DNA from: an uncultured Dorea sp. | GTDB taxonomy: Bacteria > Bacillota > Clostridia > Lachnospirales > Lachnospiraceae | Assembly (NCBI GenBank): GCA_910580235.1 | Contig: CAJTVU010000008.1 | Coordinates: forward strand, 3,310 to 67,309 | Direction: 5' to 3' | DNA length: 64,000 nucleotides | In this document: in pieces, positions 35,451-43,639 of the stretch | Numbering within the stretch: the stretch's first letter is position 1 | Layout of the letters: every line of letters starts with the position of its first letter | Notes under the pieces: generated by a model | Seen by the model: only the letters and a program-made list of their open reading frames with translations | Database searches by the model: none | What the model was told of the DNA's origin: nothing | Made by a program: the position numbers and the translations under genes

Positions 35451-37694
35451 ATGAAGTATTTTGCGCTATTTTTAAATGAAAATAGTTTTATTGAAAAATG
35501 TATCTCGCTGATGAGGTTTATAAGCAATCCGTCTACAAAATCCAGGCCGCATATTACAGTGCGCCTTTTTAAGGAGTCAGATCCTAGAATGGAAGAATCT
35601 AGGAAGATGGAGGAATCCAGAAGGAGAGAGTTTACGTATCTTAATATTGTCTGTCCGGGAACTTTTAACTTTGAGAAAAAAAAACCGCCTTATGTAGTCT
35701 TTCTGCAGTGTGAGTCGGAAGAACTTGAAGATATAGAATATAAGCCTGATTTTCCTTATAGCAGACTTCATATTACGATTTACGAGGGGGACGATTACTC
35801 ATATGCAGAAAAGTTGTATCAGTTGCTATGCTCTTTTTCATGGCATTTCAAACTGCTTTTTGAAAGCCCGAGAAAACTGTTGGAGCAAAAGGTAGGGAGT
35901 AAAAGTTATGAGAGGCCGGATTTTCAGGCTATATTTGAGGAGATCATAGGAGAAGGCTATCAGGAATTCTTAAAGGATTATGACAAAGATATAGAAGTTC
36001 GGCTTAAGTTGATGAGAAGGCTGCTTCAAGAACTTAAGATTCATCTGGAAGAGGTTAAACCAGAAAAGATTCAGTCGGTTTATGAGAGTAGTTCCAGACT
36101 AAAAAGCGGTGGTCAAAAAAAAACTTATAGACAGATGAAAGATGGAGTCACCTTGCCCTTTTTGGATGAAGAACCTGTTACATTTCATAAACCTGTAACA
36201 GATGCCATTTATATTACACCTCCGGAATATGCAAGAGACATGGTGAAATGTGGTCTGGAGGCCATGGAAGAGAACCACGGGGAAATTGATTTCGGTGATT
36301 CTGCTATAGGGACAGGAACTCTATTTCTGGCACTTCGGCTTTGGATTGATGAAATAAACAGAACACATGGGAGTGGACATAACTATAGAATACGCTCTGC
36401 TATAGGAATTGATATTGACAGACAAATGGCGGATGAAGCTTCTATCCGTTGCCACAAAAGGGGCTTGAAAGTGATTTACGGTGATGCTCTTCTGCCTCAT
36501 ATGGATTTGGGGGAAAAACGCAATTTTATGGTAGTGAACCCACCGTTTAACCGTCATGGAGATATACCAAAAGAATATAGGGAGCTCTTGCATGACAGTG
36601 CAAAAGAGCAGACTGGAATAAGTATTGCAGGAAATGCAGGGCTATATGTGTACCATCTATTGATTATGGATAAATGGTTATGCGACGGTGGAGTGGCGGT
36701 ATGGCTTCTCCCAGCTGTCTTCATGCAGGTAAGGTATGGGGAGGCGGTCAGGCGTTATCTGCTGGATTGTGTGCAACTGATAAAAATCCATATTTACAAC
36801 GAAGAGGTAGAGCAGTTTGACAGTACAAATGTATCTACTGCTATCGTGGTTTTCAGGAAGGGAAAGACTGAGAGGGAAGACAAAGTGCAGGTTTCTTACG
36901 GGGCTTCTGTGGAACATCCGATAGATAGTAAGCGCATACTAAGAGAAGAACTTGTAAAAAACATGGACAACTGGAGAGTAGTATTAAAAGAAGAGGCGTC
37001 TTTTGGAGAGCATGGCAGTAAGATTACATTCGATGACTTGTTCGAAATAAAACGTGGCGTGGCTACAGGTGCGAATGATTTCTTTGTCATGACAAGAGAA
37101 AAAGCCAGAGAGTTCCATATTCCTGATATTGCTTTAAAGCCGCTGATCCCCAAGGCACGTTATTTGAAGTCTCTAGTGATAGAAGAAAGAGAAGATGGTT
37201 ATCCCGATGTAGAACCACAGTTGGTAATGATTGACTGTGCTTTAGACGAAGAGCGTATTCAAGAGATGTATCCGGGTTTCCATCGTTATCTGCAGTTGGC
37301 AAAAGTAAAAGAAGAGAATGGCGTCGCCGTTGTCGACAGATTTCTGGTGAGAAATAGGCATCCTTGGTACAGGCAGGAAAGAAGGGAACCGCCAGTTTTT
37401 CTTCTGACTTATATGGGTAGGAATAAGAAGAATCTGCCTCCTCTCTATTTTATATGGAACAAATCCCAGGCGGTTGCGTTGAACACGTATTTACTGCTAT
37501 ATCCCAGAAAAGGGCTGAAAGCTAGGCTGCGTGAGAATCCGGCTCTGCACGAGATAATATTGGATGCGCTCAATAAGTCTGCACAGGAAATGATGTCTTT
37601 CCGGGCAAGAGTCTATTCGGGCGGACTTAAGAAAGTTGAGCCAAATGAACTGCGTAGAATGCCGATTATAGGGCTAAATGAATTTTTGCAGTAA
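35451..37694 (+). CDS. Fusion protein: N-terminal 2H phosphoesterase-like domain plus gamma-class N6-adenine methyltransferase (Eco57I/TaqI-like)
   Basis: Two HxTx motifs with the expected context: RPHITV at aa 33-37 and RLHITI at aa 105-110, after an N-terminal YFALFL strand. SAM motif FGDSAIGTGTLF (nt about 36291..36329). Catalytic NPPF at nt 36537..36548. C-terminal FEIKRGVATGANDFF target-recognition-type block. Confidence 0.7.
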   Translation: MKYFALFLNENSFIEKCISLMRFISNPSTKSRPHITVRLFKESDPRMEESRKMEESRRREFTYLNIVCPGTFNFEKKKPPYVVFLQCESEELEDIEYKPDFPYSRLHITIYEGDDYSYAEKLYQLLCSFSWHFKLLFESPRKLLEQKVGSKSYERPDFQAIFEEIIGEGYQEFLKDYDKDIEVRLKLMRRLLQELKIHLEEVKPEKIQSVYESSSRLKSGGQKKTYRQMKDGVTLPFLDEEPVTFHKPVTDAIYITPPEYARDMVKCGLEAMEENHGEIDFGDSAIGTGTLFLALRLWIDEINRTHGSGHNYRIRSAIGIDIDRQMADEASIRCHKRGLKVIYGDALLPHMDLGEKRNFMVVNPPFNRHGDIPKEYRELLHDSAKEQTGISIAGNAGLYVYHLLIMDKWLCDGGVAVWLLPAVFMQVRYGEAVRRYLLDCVQLIKIHIYNEEVEQFDSTNVSTAIVVFRKGKTEREDKVQVSYGASVEHPIDSKRILREELVKNMDNWRVVLKEEASFGEHGSKITFDDLFEIKRGVATGANDFFVMTREKAREFHIPDIALKPLIPKARYLKSLVIEEREDGYPDVEPQLVMIDCALDEERIQEMYPGFHRYLQLAKVKEENGVAVVDRFLVRNRHPWYRQERREPPVFLLTYMGRNKKNLPPLYFIWNKSQAVALNTYLLLYPRKGLKARLRENPALHEIILDALNKSAQEMMSFRARVYSGGLKKVEPNELRRMPIIGLNEFLQ

Positions 37695-37781
37695 AGATAT
37701 GGAGATTTTCTAACATTAATTTTCTCTTTGGCATGACTGTATAAATCATTTGAGCCGTCAAAAAGTGAATAGACTGAGAAA

Positions 37782-37827
37782 CGAGAGTATTGCAAAATTA
37801 GTCAGAGGAGACTGAGCGATACTCTCG
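37782..37827. terminator. Hairpin between convergent genes
   Basis: CGAGAGTAT..ATACTCTCG, a 9-bp stem with a large loop. Confidence 0.4.
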
Positions 37828-37834
37828 CCTTATG

Positions 37835-38539
37835 TTAGATACAGTAGAAACCCCGGCAACAGAGGTTGCAAATAAGATTTGCAAGGCACAGGTTTGTGCA
37901 GAGGCTGCCTCCGCCGGTGAAGGTGGTCTCATAAGGGCGCTGTTGCTGCTGATACCATGTCCCGCCGTTTTGAAGGCGGCTTACAAGTATTTGGTATTGC
38001 AGGTTGCCAGGGTCGAGGCGCAGCGCTTCTCGGGCGTGCTGGAGCGCGAGGACATTGCTCCCAATGCCGGAACAGGCAAGCGCGCTGTAATAATACCACT
38101 GTGCGTTCCGATTCTGAATGCCGTTTAAGAGGTTCAATGCTTCCTGATAATGCCTGCTTTGTATGAAATTAGCGGCCGCCCTCATATGTAAGTCTTCCTC
38201 ATTGTCAGTTGCGCCCGTATTTGTCTGTTGGCGGTACTCTGCGCCGAATCCCCGGAACGGGCCTCCAAATCCGCCGAAATCCCTAAAATCTCCGAAGCTT
38301 CCAAAACCTCCAGAACCTTCCTGGGAAGAGCCTGCGCCAGAAGGGCCATATTCTTTCTCGTGCATAATCTGGCCGTATGCCTGCTGCACTTCTTTGAATT
38401 TTGCCTCGGCCTGCGCTTTGTCTGGATTATTAATATTGGCGTCAGGGTGGTATTTCCGGCTTAAGTTTCGATATGCCTTTTTAATGTCGTCGTCTGAGGC
38501 AGTTCTTGGGATGCCTAAGACACTGTAAGGGTCTGTCAT
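37835..38539 (-). CDS. J-domain protein with TPR-like region and Cys-rich C-terminal tail
   Basis: [31 protein letters not shown] (J domain with HPD), a G/F-rich linker, and the tail [21 protein letters not shown]. The ATG overlaps the upstream stop (ATGA). Confidence 0.8.
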   Translation of the reverse strand: MTDPYSVLGIPRTASDDDIKKAYRNLSRKYHPDANINNPDKAQAEAKFKEVQQAYGQIMHEKEYGPSGAGSSQEGSGGFGSFGDFRDFGGFGGPFRGFGAEYRQQTNTGATDNEEDLHMRAAANFIQSRHYQEALNLLNGIQNRNAQWYYYSALACSGIGSNVLALQHAREALRLDPGNLQYQILVSRLQNGGTWYQQQQRPYETTFTGGGSLCTNLCLANLICNLCCRGFYCI

Positions 38540-39405
38540 AACATATGTTCTCCTGTTTGTGCGGGATGCGTGTTCTCGGGATGAAGCCTTCTCTGCGTGA
38601 CAGCCGTATAGCGGCGCCATACGCCTGAATATAAAATGTTTCGCAGAATATCTGCGTGGAGCAGGATCGGAAGCTTCTCGAATTCTCTGGAACACTCGGA
38701 CATCATAAGGGTCAGGATAGCACGGAAATCTTCAGCGAACTTTTCGTCTGCCCGGAATGTTTCTTTGAGGGGGTTATAGCTTCCGTTCTTTTTGTCTTTC
38801 TCGATATCCTCATAGGCGTCCATAAGATAAATGAATTTTCCGAGAAAGAATCCAATCTTCCGCAAGGAGGATTCCCATTCATCCTCGCGGAATACAAATA
38901 TCTCTGCCATAATATTCCCAAAAAGACCGGCCATCCTGTCCAGATCTGTCTCCTGTAGTCTCTCATAATAAGAGAGTTTTTGCAAGTCCGAAGAAATCCT
39001 CGCCGCTTTTTTAGGATACCGGGCTACTGCGGCATTTACTTTGGGGCGCAGGGATCGGAAAGCAAGAAGGCCTTTTTTGCTGCGCTCGTCTTTCCAGTCG
39101 TCTTTACATTTATAGTAAGAAAGAATCAGATTCATAGAGGCCGCATAGTCTGTATAGTCGTTTGTCCGCGCAGTGTGCTTCGCAAAAGGATGTGCGGCAC
39201 AGTTTAATACGGACGTATTATCTTCGGGCTCATACAGCCCGGTTAGCAGGACTATAAGAAATGTCATATCATAAGACAGGGTCATTTGTCCGCGTCTGCC
39301 ATAAATTTCTTTCAGGCGTCTGCAAAGCCCGCAGTAATAGGAATGATATAGATCGTAATCTTTAAATTTCATTTCAGCCTTGTTGATTGCAATGTAGCCG
39401 AACAT
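38536..39405 (-). CDS. DUF5685-family protein
   Basis: [32 protein letters not shown]-terminus, which I recognise from DUF5685. Confidence 0.6.
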   Translation of the reverse strand: MFGYIAINKAEMKFKDYDLYHSYYCGLCRRLKEIYGRRGQMTLSYDMTFLIVLLTGLYEPEDNTSVLNCAAHPFAKHTARTNDYTDYAASMNLILSYYKCKDDWKDERSKKGLLAFRSLRPKVNAAVARYPKKAARISSDLQKLSYYERLQETDLDRMAGLFGNIMAEIFVFREDEWESSLRKIGFFLGKFIYLMDAYEDIEKDKKNGSYNPLKETFRADEKFAEDFRAILTLMMSECSREFEKLPILLHADILRNILYSGVWRRYTAVTQRRLHPENTHPAQTGEHML

Positions 39406-39416
39406 GCGCTTCCTCC

Positions 39417-39812
39417 TTAGCTGTTTTTAATAAATGTAGCGCCGCATTTTGGACAGCGGATCTCAATGCGCCCCTTGCCGCGGGGGATGCGGATCTTCTG
39501 GCTACAGGACGGGCACTTGTAGATATGATGCGTCCTGCGCTGGGACAGCATGTTTTTCTGACGTGTGAAGAAACAGCGCAGCTTGTAAGTCTTTTCCTGA
39601 TATATGCGGTTTTCTGCGGCACGTTTATATATATTTTTAGAAAACATGCGAAAATAAGTATAAATAATACAGGCCCATGACAGAATCGGGAATATAGAAG
39701 AGTCTGTGAACCATGTGATTACGGCAAAGGCGAGGCCGATGCCCAGGGTGGCTTTGCCCATGGAGTCTACGCCATACCTTCCGTACATGAGGCGCATAAT
39801 TTTTTCCTTCAT
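39417..39812 (-). CDS. Membrane protein with C-terminal zinc-ribbon
   Basis: A TM segment and CPSC..CPKC. RBS GGAAGGTG precedes ATG 39812. Confidence 0.6.
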   Translation of the reverse strand: MKEKIMRLMYGRYGVDSMGKATLGIGLAFAVITWFTDSSIFPILSWACIIYTYFRMFSKNIYKRAAENRIYQEKTYKLRCFFTRQKNMLSQRRTHHIYKCPSCSQKIRIPRGKGRIEIRCPKCGATFIKNS

Positions 39813-39958
39813 AATAATCACCTTCCTAATATTTACCATCATACGCTGTCAGGAGATAAAGTCAATAAACGGATAATTAAAAAAGTATAAAATAATTGAG
39901 TAAGAGGGGAGTGAATGCTATAATGAGTGACAAGAGTAAGAAAAGAAGGTTGGATAGC

Positions 39959-41245
39959 ATGAATGCTTTGACAAAATTGATCGCAGGCGATATGAAGCCT
40001 GCGCTTGGCGTGACAGAGCCGGGAGCCATCGCCTATGCGGTGGCAGAAGCGAGGAGGCATGTGGCCGGGGAAGTGAAGAAGGTCGTAGTATCTTTGAATT
40101 CTGGTATGTATAAGAATGCCTTTACTTGCGGGATCCCCAATTCAGAGAGATACGGGAACCTGTATGCGGCGGCGCTGGGGGCGGCTGCTGCCAAGGCAGA
40201 GCTGGGGCTTGAATCGTTAAGAGAGATAACGAAGGAAGATGATGAGAGGGCAGCCCGGATGGTGGCGGATGGAAAAGTAGAGGTGAAGCTTGACCATATA
40301 GGATCCGAGATCGCCATTGACGCGGAGGTAGAAGGCGAAGAAGACAGCTGTGCCGTGCATATCCGGGGCGGCCATACACATATCGTGTCCATTGAGAAGA
40401 ACGGAGCGTGCATTTATCAGGCTGAGGAGAGAGGTGAAGGCCGGGATGAGGAGGGCGAGAAAGACGTTCCGGGCATTCATGCGTACACGCTCCATGATAT
40501 ACTGGAATATGTAAACACTGTCCCAGTGGAGGAGATCAGCTTTATCCGGGAGGCATTTTCTATGAATATGGATCTTCTGGAAGAGGGGATCCATTCCGGG
40601 CGGGCAGTAATCGCCATGCAGCTTTTAAAGGAGAATGGCGGGCAGATTATATCAGAAGACGCGAGGAAGACGGCGCAGCTTCTATGTAATGGCGCTATCG
40701 AGGCAAGGGTCCTGGGGCTTAGCCGCCCTGCCATGAGCATAACAGGAAGCGGAGCTCATGGGATTATCGCGACAATGCCGCTGTTCGCATATTATCAGGT
40801 GAATTATGAGGTGGTGGACGATGATATACTGCTTCGGGCTGCTGCGCTTAGCCACCTGATCACAATGTATATTAAAGAATATTCGGGAAAGCTGTCGGCG
40901 TTCTGTGGCTGCGGGATCGCGGCGGGGACCGGAATGGCCTGTGCTCTTGCATATATGCGGGGCGCAAATGAGGAGCAGATCGACATGGTCCTTTGCAATA
41001 TGGCCAGCGGGCTTACGGGCATGATATGTGACGGAGGGAACCACGGCTGCGCCATGAAAGGGATCATTGCTGTAGACGCGGCGTTCCGCTCGGTGGATCT
41101 GGCCATGACCGATGTGTGCATTGAGAGCATCCACGGCATCAACGGGAAGACGCCGGAAGACACTATGCGGAATATGGGGCGCATTGCTTCGCCGGGCATG
41201 GTGGAGACAGAGAAGACGATCGTAGAGATTATGGAAGAGAAATAG
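39959..41245 (+). CDS. UPF0597 / serine-dehydratase-alpha-like (L-cysteine desulfidase family) protein
   Basis: MNALTKLIAGDMKPALGVTEPGAIAYAVA N-terminus and CGCGIAAGTG / CDGGNHGCAMKG blocks. Start 39959 was chosen by RBS spacing, with 39923 as an alternative. Confidence 0.7.
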   Translation: MNALTKLIAGDMKPALGVTEPGAIAYAVAEARRHVAGEVKKVVVSLNSGMYKNAFTCGIPNSERYGNLYAAALGAAAAKAELGLESLREITKEDDERAARMVADGKVEVKLDHIGSEIAIDAEVEGEEDSCAVHIRGGHTHIVSIEKNGACIYQAEERGEGRDEEGEKDVPGIHAYTLHDILEYVNTVPVEEISFIREAFSMNMDLLEEGIHSGRAVIAMQLLKENGGQIISEDARKTAQLLCNGAIEARVLGLSRPAMSITGSGAHGIIATMPLFAYYQVNYEVVDDDILLRAAALSHLITMYIKEYSGKLSAFCGCGIAAGTGMACALAYMRGANEEQIDMVLCNMASGLTGMICDGGNHGCAMKGIIAVDAAFRSVDLAMTDVCIESIHGINGKTPEDTMRNMGRIASPGMVETEKTIVEIMEEK

Positions 41246-41258
41246 GGGGAAGCGTCAG

Positions 41259-42059
41259 ATGGCAGAGAAAGGGAACAGAAGAAAGCCGCACAGAGGAAGA
41301 CGGAAAAAGAAGAAGGGGAACGTGCTGTACCAGGTGATCCTCGTGGCCGCGATCGCTGTGTTTTGTATATCCGGGTTTATGCTTTTGAAATATACCAGAG
41401 AGTACATGGCTGGAAGAAGCGAGTATAATGATGTGCGGAAATTAGCGATCAATGAAGGAGAAGAGGGGAGCGGCTTCCGGGTAAACTTCAATGAGCTGAT
41501 TGAAGTTAATCCTGAAACTGTGGGATGGCTTCGGTTTTATCCAGAGCCTTCAACGATTAATTACCCTATAGCGCAAGCGGCAGATAATGATAAATACCTT
41601 CATACGACGTTCTCCTTGGAGGCCAATGCTGCGGGGGCGATCTTCCTGGCAGCAGAGAATGAGAATACGTTTCTTGACAGGAATTCTATCCTGTATGGAC
41701 ATCGTATGAACGACCGCTCCATGTTCTGGCATTTGGAGGACTATAAAGACAAGGCTTTCTGTGAGGAGAATCCATATTTCTATATCTATACTCCTGATGG
41801 GCATGAGCTGGCCTATCGTGTCTATTCCACAGGCGTCGTGGAGGACACATCGGAGACGTACAAGACTGAGTTTGCGTCGGATGAAGAATGGCAGGCATTT
41901 TTAAATATGACGAAAGAGATTGCTGAGTATGATACCGGAGTAGAGGTGGGTATAGATAATACGATCGTAACATTGTCGACTTGTACGAGCGCAAATGATC
42001 ATCACCGCTATGTGGTGCGGGGAGTGCTGGAGAAAGATGTTCCGTTGCAGGAGGGCTAA
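41259..42059 (+). CDS. srtB: Class B sortase
   Basis: N-terminal TM, NPETVGWL..INYPIAQAADNDKYLH block, and catalytic TLSTC. Confidence 0.8.
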   Translation: MAEKGNRRKPHRGRRKKKKGNVLYQVILVAAIAVFCISGFMLLKYTREYMAGRSEYNDVRKLAINEGEEGSGFRVNFNELIEVNPETVGWLRFYPEPSTINYPIAQAADNDKYLHTTFSLEANAAGAIFLAAENENTFLDRNSILYGHRMNDRSMFWHLEDYKDKAFCEENPYFYIYTPDGHELAYRVYSTGVVEDTSETYKTEFASDEEWQAFLNMTKEIAEYDTGVEVGIDNTIVTLSTCTSANDHHRYVVRGVLEKDVPLQEG

Positions 42060-42062
42060 ATA

Positions 42063-42251
42063 ATGAGATACATATATGAAGTGGGAGATGTCGTAACGCT
42101 TAAGAAGCCTCACCCGTGCGGCAGCAGAGAGTGGGAGATACTGAGGGTCGGAGCGGACTTCCGCTTGAAATGTGTGGGGTGCGGACATCAGATTATGATA
42201 GCGAGGAGACTGGTGGAGAAAAATACGAAGGGCTTAGAGAAAAAGTCTTGA
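42063..42251 (+). CDS. DUF951-family small protein
   Basis: 62 aa with CGS..CVGCGH zinc-ribbon-like pairs and the conserved position upstream of rpsF. Confidence 0.65.
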   Translation: MRYIYEVGDVVTLKKPHPCGSREWEILRVGADFRLKCVGCGHQIMIARRLVEKNTKGLEKKS

Positions 42252-42391
42252 AACTGTTTCCGGATTATGGTATCATATTAACTTGTGATACAATGTTTTC
42301 CGAAGGGATATCTTTTAAGGTATATTTCGGACATCCTTGCTCCCGGGAGAGTACGGGGGCCAAAAGACCAGAAGGAGGTGCAGGAGACGAC

Positions 42392-42679
42392 ATGAACAAG
42401 TATGAGTTAGCTGTTGTTGTCAGTGCAAAAATCGAAGACGACGAGAGAGCACAGGTCATCGAGAAAGTGAAAGCGTTAGTGGAACGTTTCGGTGGCAAGA
42501 TCTCTGATGTCGATGAATGGGGTAAGAAGAGACTGGCTTACGAAATTCAGAAGATGAAAGAAGGATATTATTATTTCATCCACTTCGAGTCTGATGCCGA
42601 TGCTCCAGGCGAGATCGAGAAGAGAATTCGCATCATGGAAGGCGTCATCAGATATTTATGCGTTAGACAGGAAGCATAA
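42392..42679 (+). CDS. rpsF: 30S ribosomal protein S6
   Basis: MNKYELAVVVS..WGKRRLAY-type sequence. RBS GAAGGAGG is present. The track ORF 42116 over-extends the 5' end. Confidence 0.95.
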   Translation: MNKYELAVVVSAKIEDDERAQVIEKVKALVERFGGKISDVDEWGKKRLAYEIQKMKEGYYYFIHFESDADAPGEIEKRIRIMEGVIRYLCVRQEA

Positions 42680-42700
42680 GCAGGAAGTAGAGGTAATTAT

Positions 42701-43156
42701 ATGAATAAAGTAATTTTGATGGGACGCTTAACGAGAGACCCGGAGGTGAGGTATTCGCAGGGCGACAGTTCTATGGCGATCGCCAGATACACGTTGGCTG
42801 TGGATCGTAGGTTCAGAAGGAATAATGACGGAGATCAGACGGCGGACTTCATTGGGTGCGTGGCATTTGGAAAAAGCGCTGAGTTTGCAGAGAGATATCT
42901 CAGGCAGGGGCTTAAGATCGTCGTTACCGGGCGGATCCAGACGGGAAGCTACACGAACAAGGACGGACAGAAAGTGTATACGACCGACGTAGTGGTAGAG
43001 GATCAGGAGTTTGCAGAGAGCAAAGCGGCGAGCGATTCCAATGCAGGGCGTTATCAGGCGGCATCGCCAGCGCCGGTATCTGCGCCGGCATCTGACCCTG
43101 GGGACGGATTTATGAACATCCCGGATGGGATCGACGAGGAGCTGCCGTTCAACTAA
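42701..43156 (+). CDS. ssb: Single-stranded DNA-binding protein
   Basis: MNKVILMGRLTRDPE OB-fold start and an acidic tail DEELPF. Confidence 0.95.
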   Translation: MNKVILMGRLTRDPEVRYSQGDSSMAIARYTLAVDRRFRRNNDGDQTADFIGCVAFGKSAEFAERYLRQGLKIVVTGRIQTGSYTNKDGQKVYTTDVVVEDQEFAESKAASDSNAGRYQAASPAPVSAPASDPGDGFMNIPDGIDEELPFN

Positions 43157-43190
43157 AGCGCCCATTGAAAGGAAAAGGAGGTAAAGCAAG

Positions 43191-43457
43191 ATGGCTTTTG
43201 ATAAAGGCAATCGCCCGGAGGGCGGCTTCAAAAAGAGAGGCGGCGGACGCAGGAGAAAAAAAGTATGCGTGTTCTGCGGTAAAGAAAATAATGAGATTGA
43301 CTACAAAGATGTAGCAAAATTAAGAAAGTATATCTCTGAGAGAGGCAAGATCCTTCCAAGAAGAGTGACAGGAAACTGTGCAAAGCATCAGAGAGCGCTT
43401 ACAGTGGCAATTAAGAGGGCGCGTCATATTGCTCTTATGCCATACGTCCAGGAATAG
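43191..43457 (+). CDS. rpsR: 30S ribosomal protein S18
   Basis: [36 protein letters not shown] signature. Confidence 0.95.
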   Translation: MAFDKGNRPEGGFKKRGGGRRRKKVCVFCGKENNEIDYKDVAKLRKYISERGKILPRRVTGNCAKHQRALTVAIKRARHIALMPYVQE

Positions 43458-43471
43458 AAGTTTATTGTGAG

Positions 43472-43507
43472 GATCGCCATCCTGTAGTGATGGCGGTCTT
43501 TTTTTGT
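43472..43507 (+). terminator. Intrinsic terminator after rpsR
   Basis: GATCGCCATC..GATGGCGGTC followed by TTTTTTTG. Confidence 0.85.
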
Positions 43508-43639
43508 ACAATTTACCTATCAAAACAAAAATATATTGTCAAAACATGTAATTATTGACGAATTGGACGTCTCGTGTTATACTTTCTAATAGATAGTTCC
43601 GCAAAACAGCGGAAAACAATTAAAAGGAGGATTTGGATT

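Noticed and set aside
35586-35621. In-frame tandem duplication MEESRK/MEESRR inside the 2H-like domain.
   Set aside because: It is a short 18-nt imperfect repeat in a predicted loop. It is probably slippage, with no functional claim beyond marking a variable loop.
42116-42679. 187-aa extended ORF containing rpsF.
   Set aside because: The N-terminal 92 aa overlap DUF951 and the promoter/leader region. The conserved S6 sequence starts at ATG 42392, directly after a GAAGGAGG RBS.
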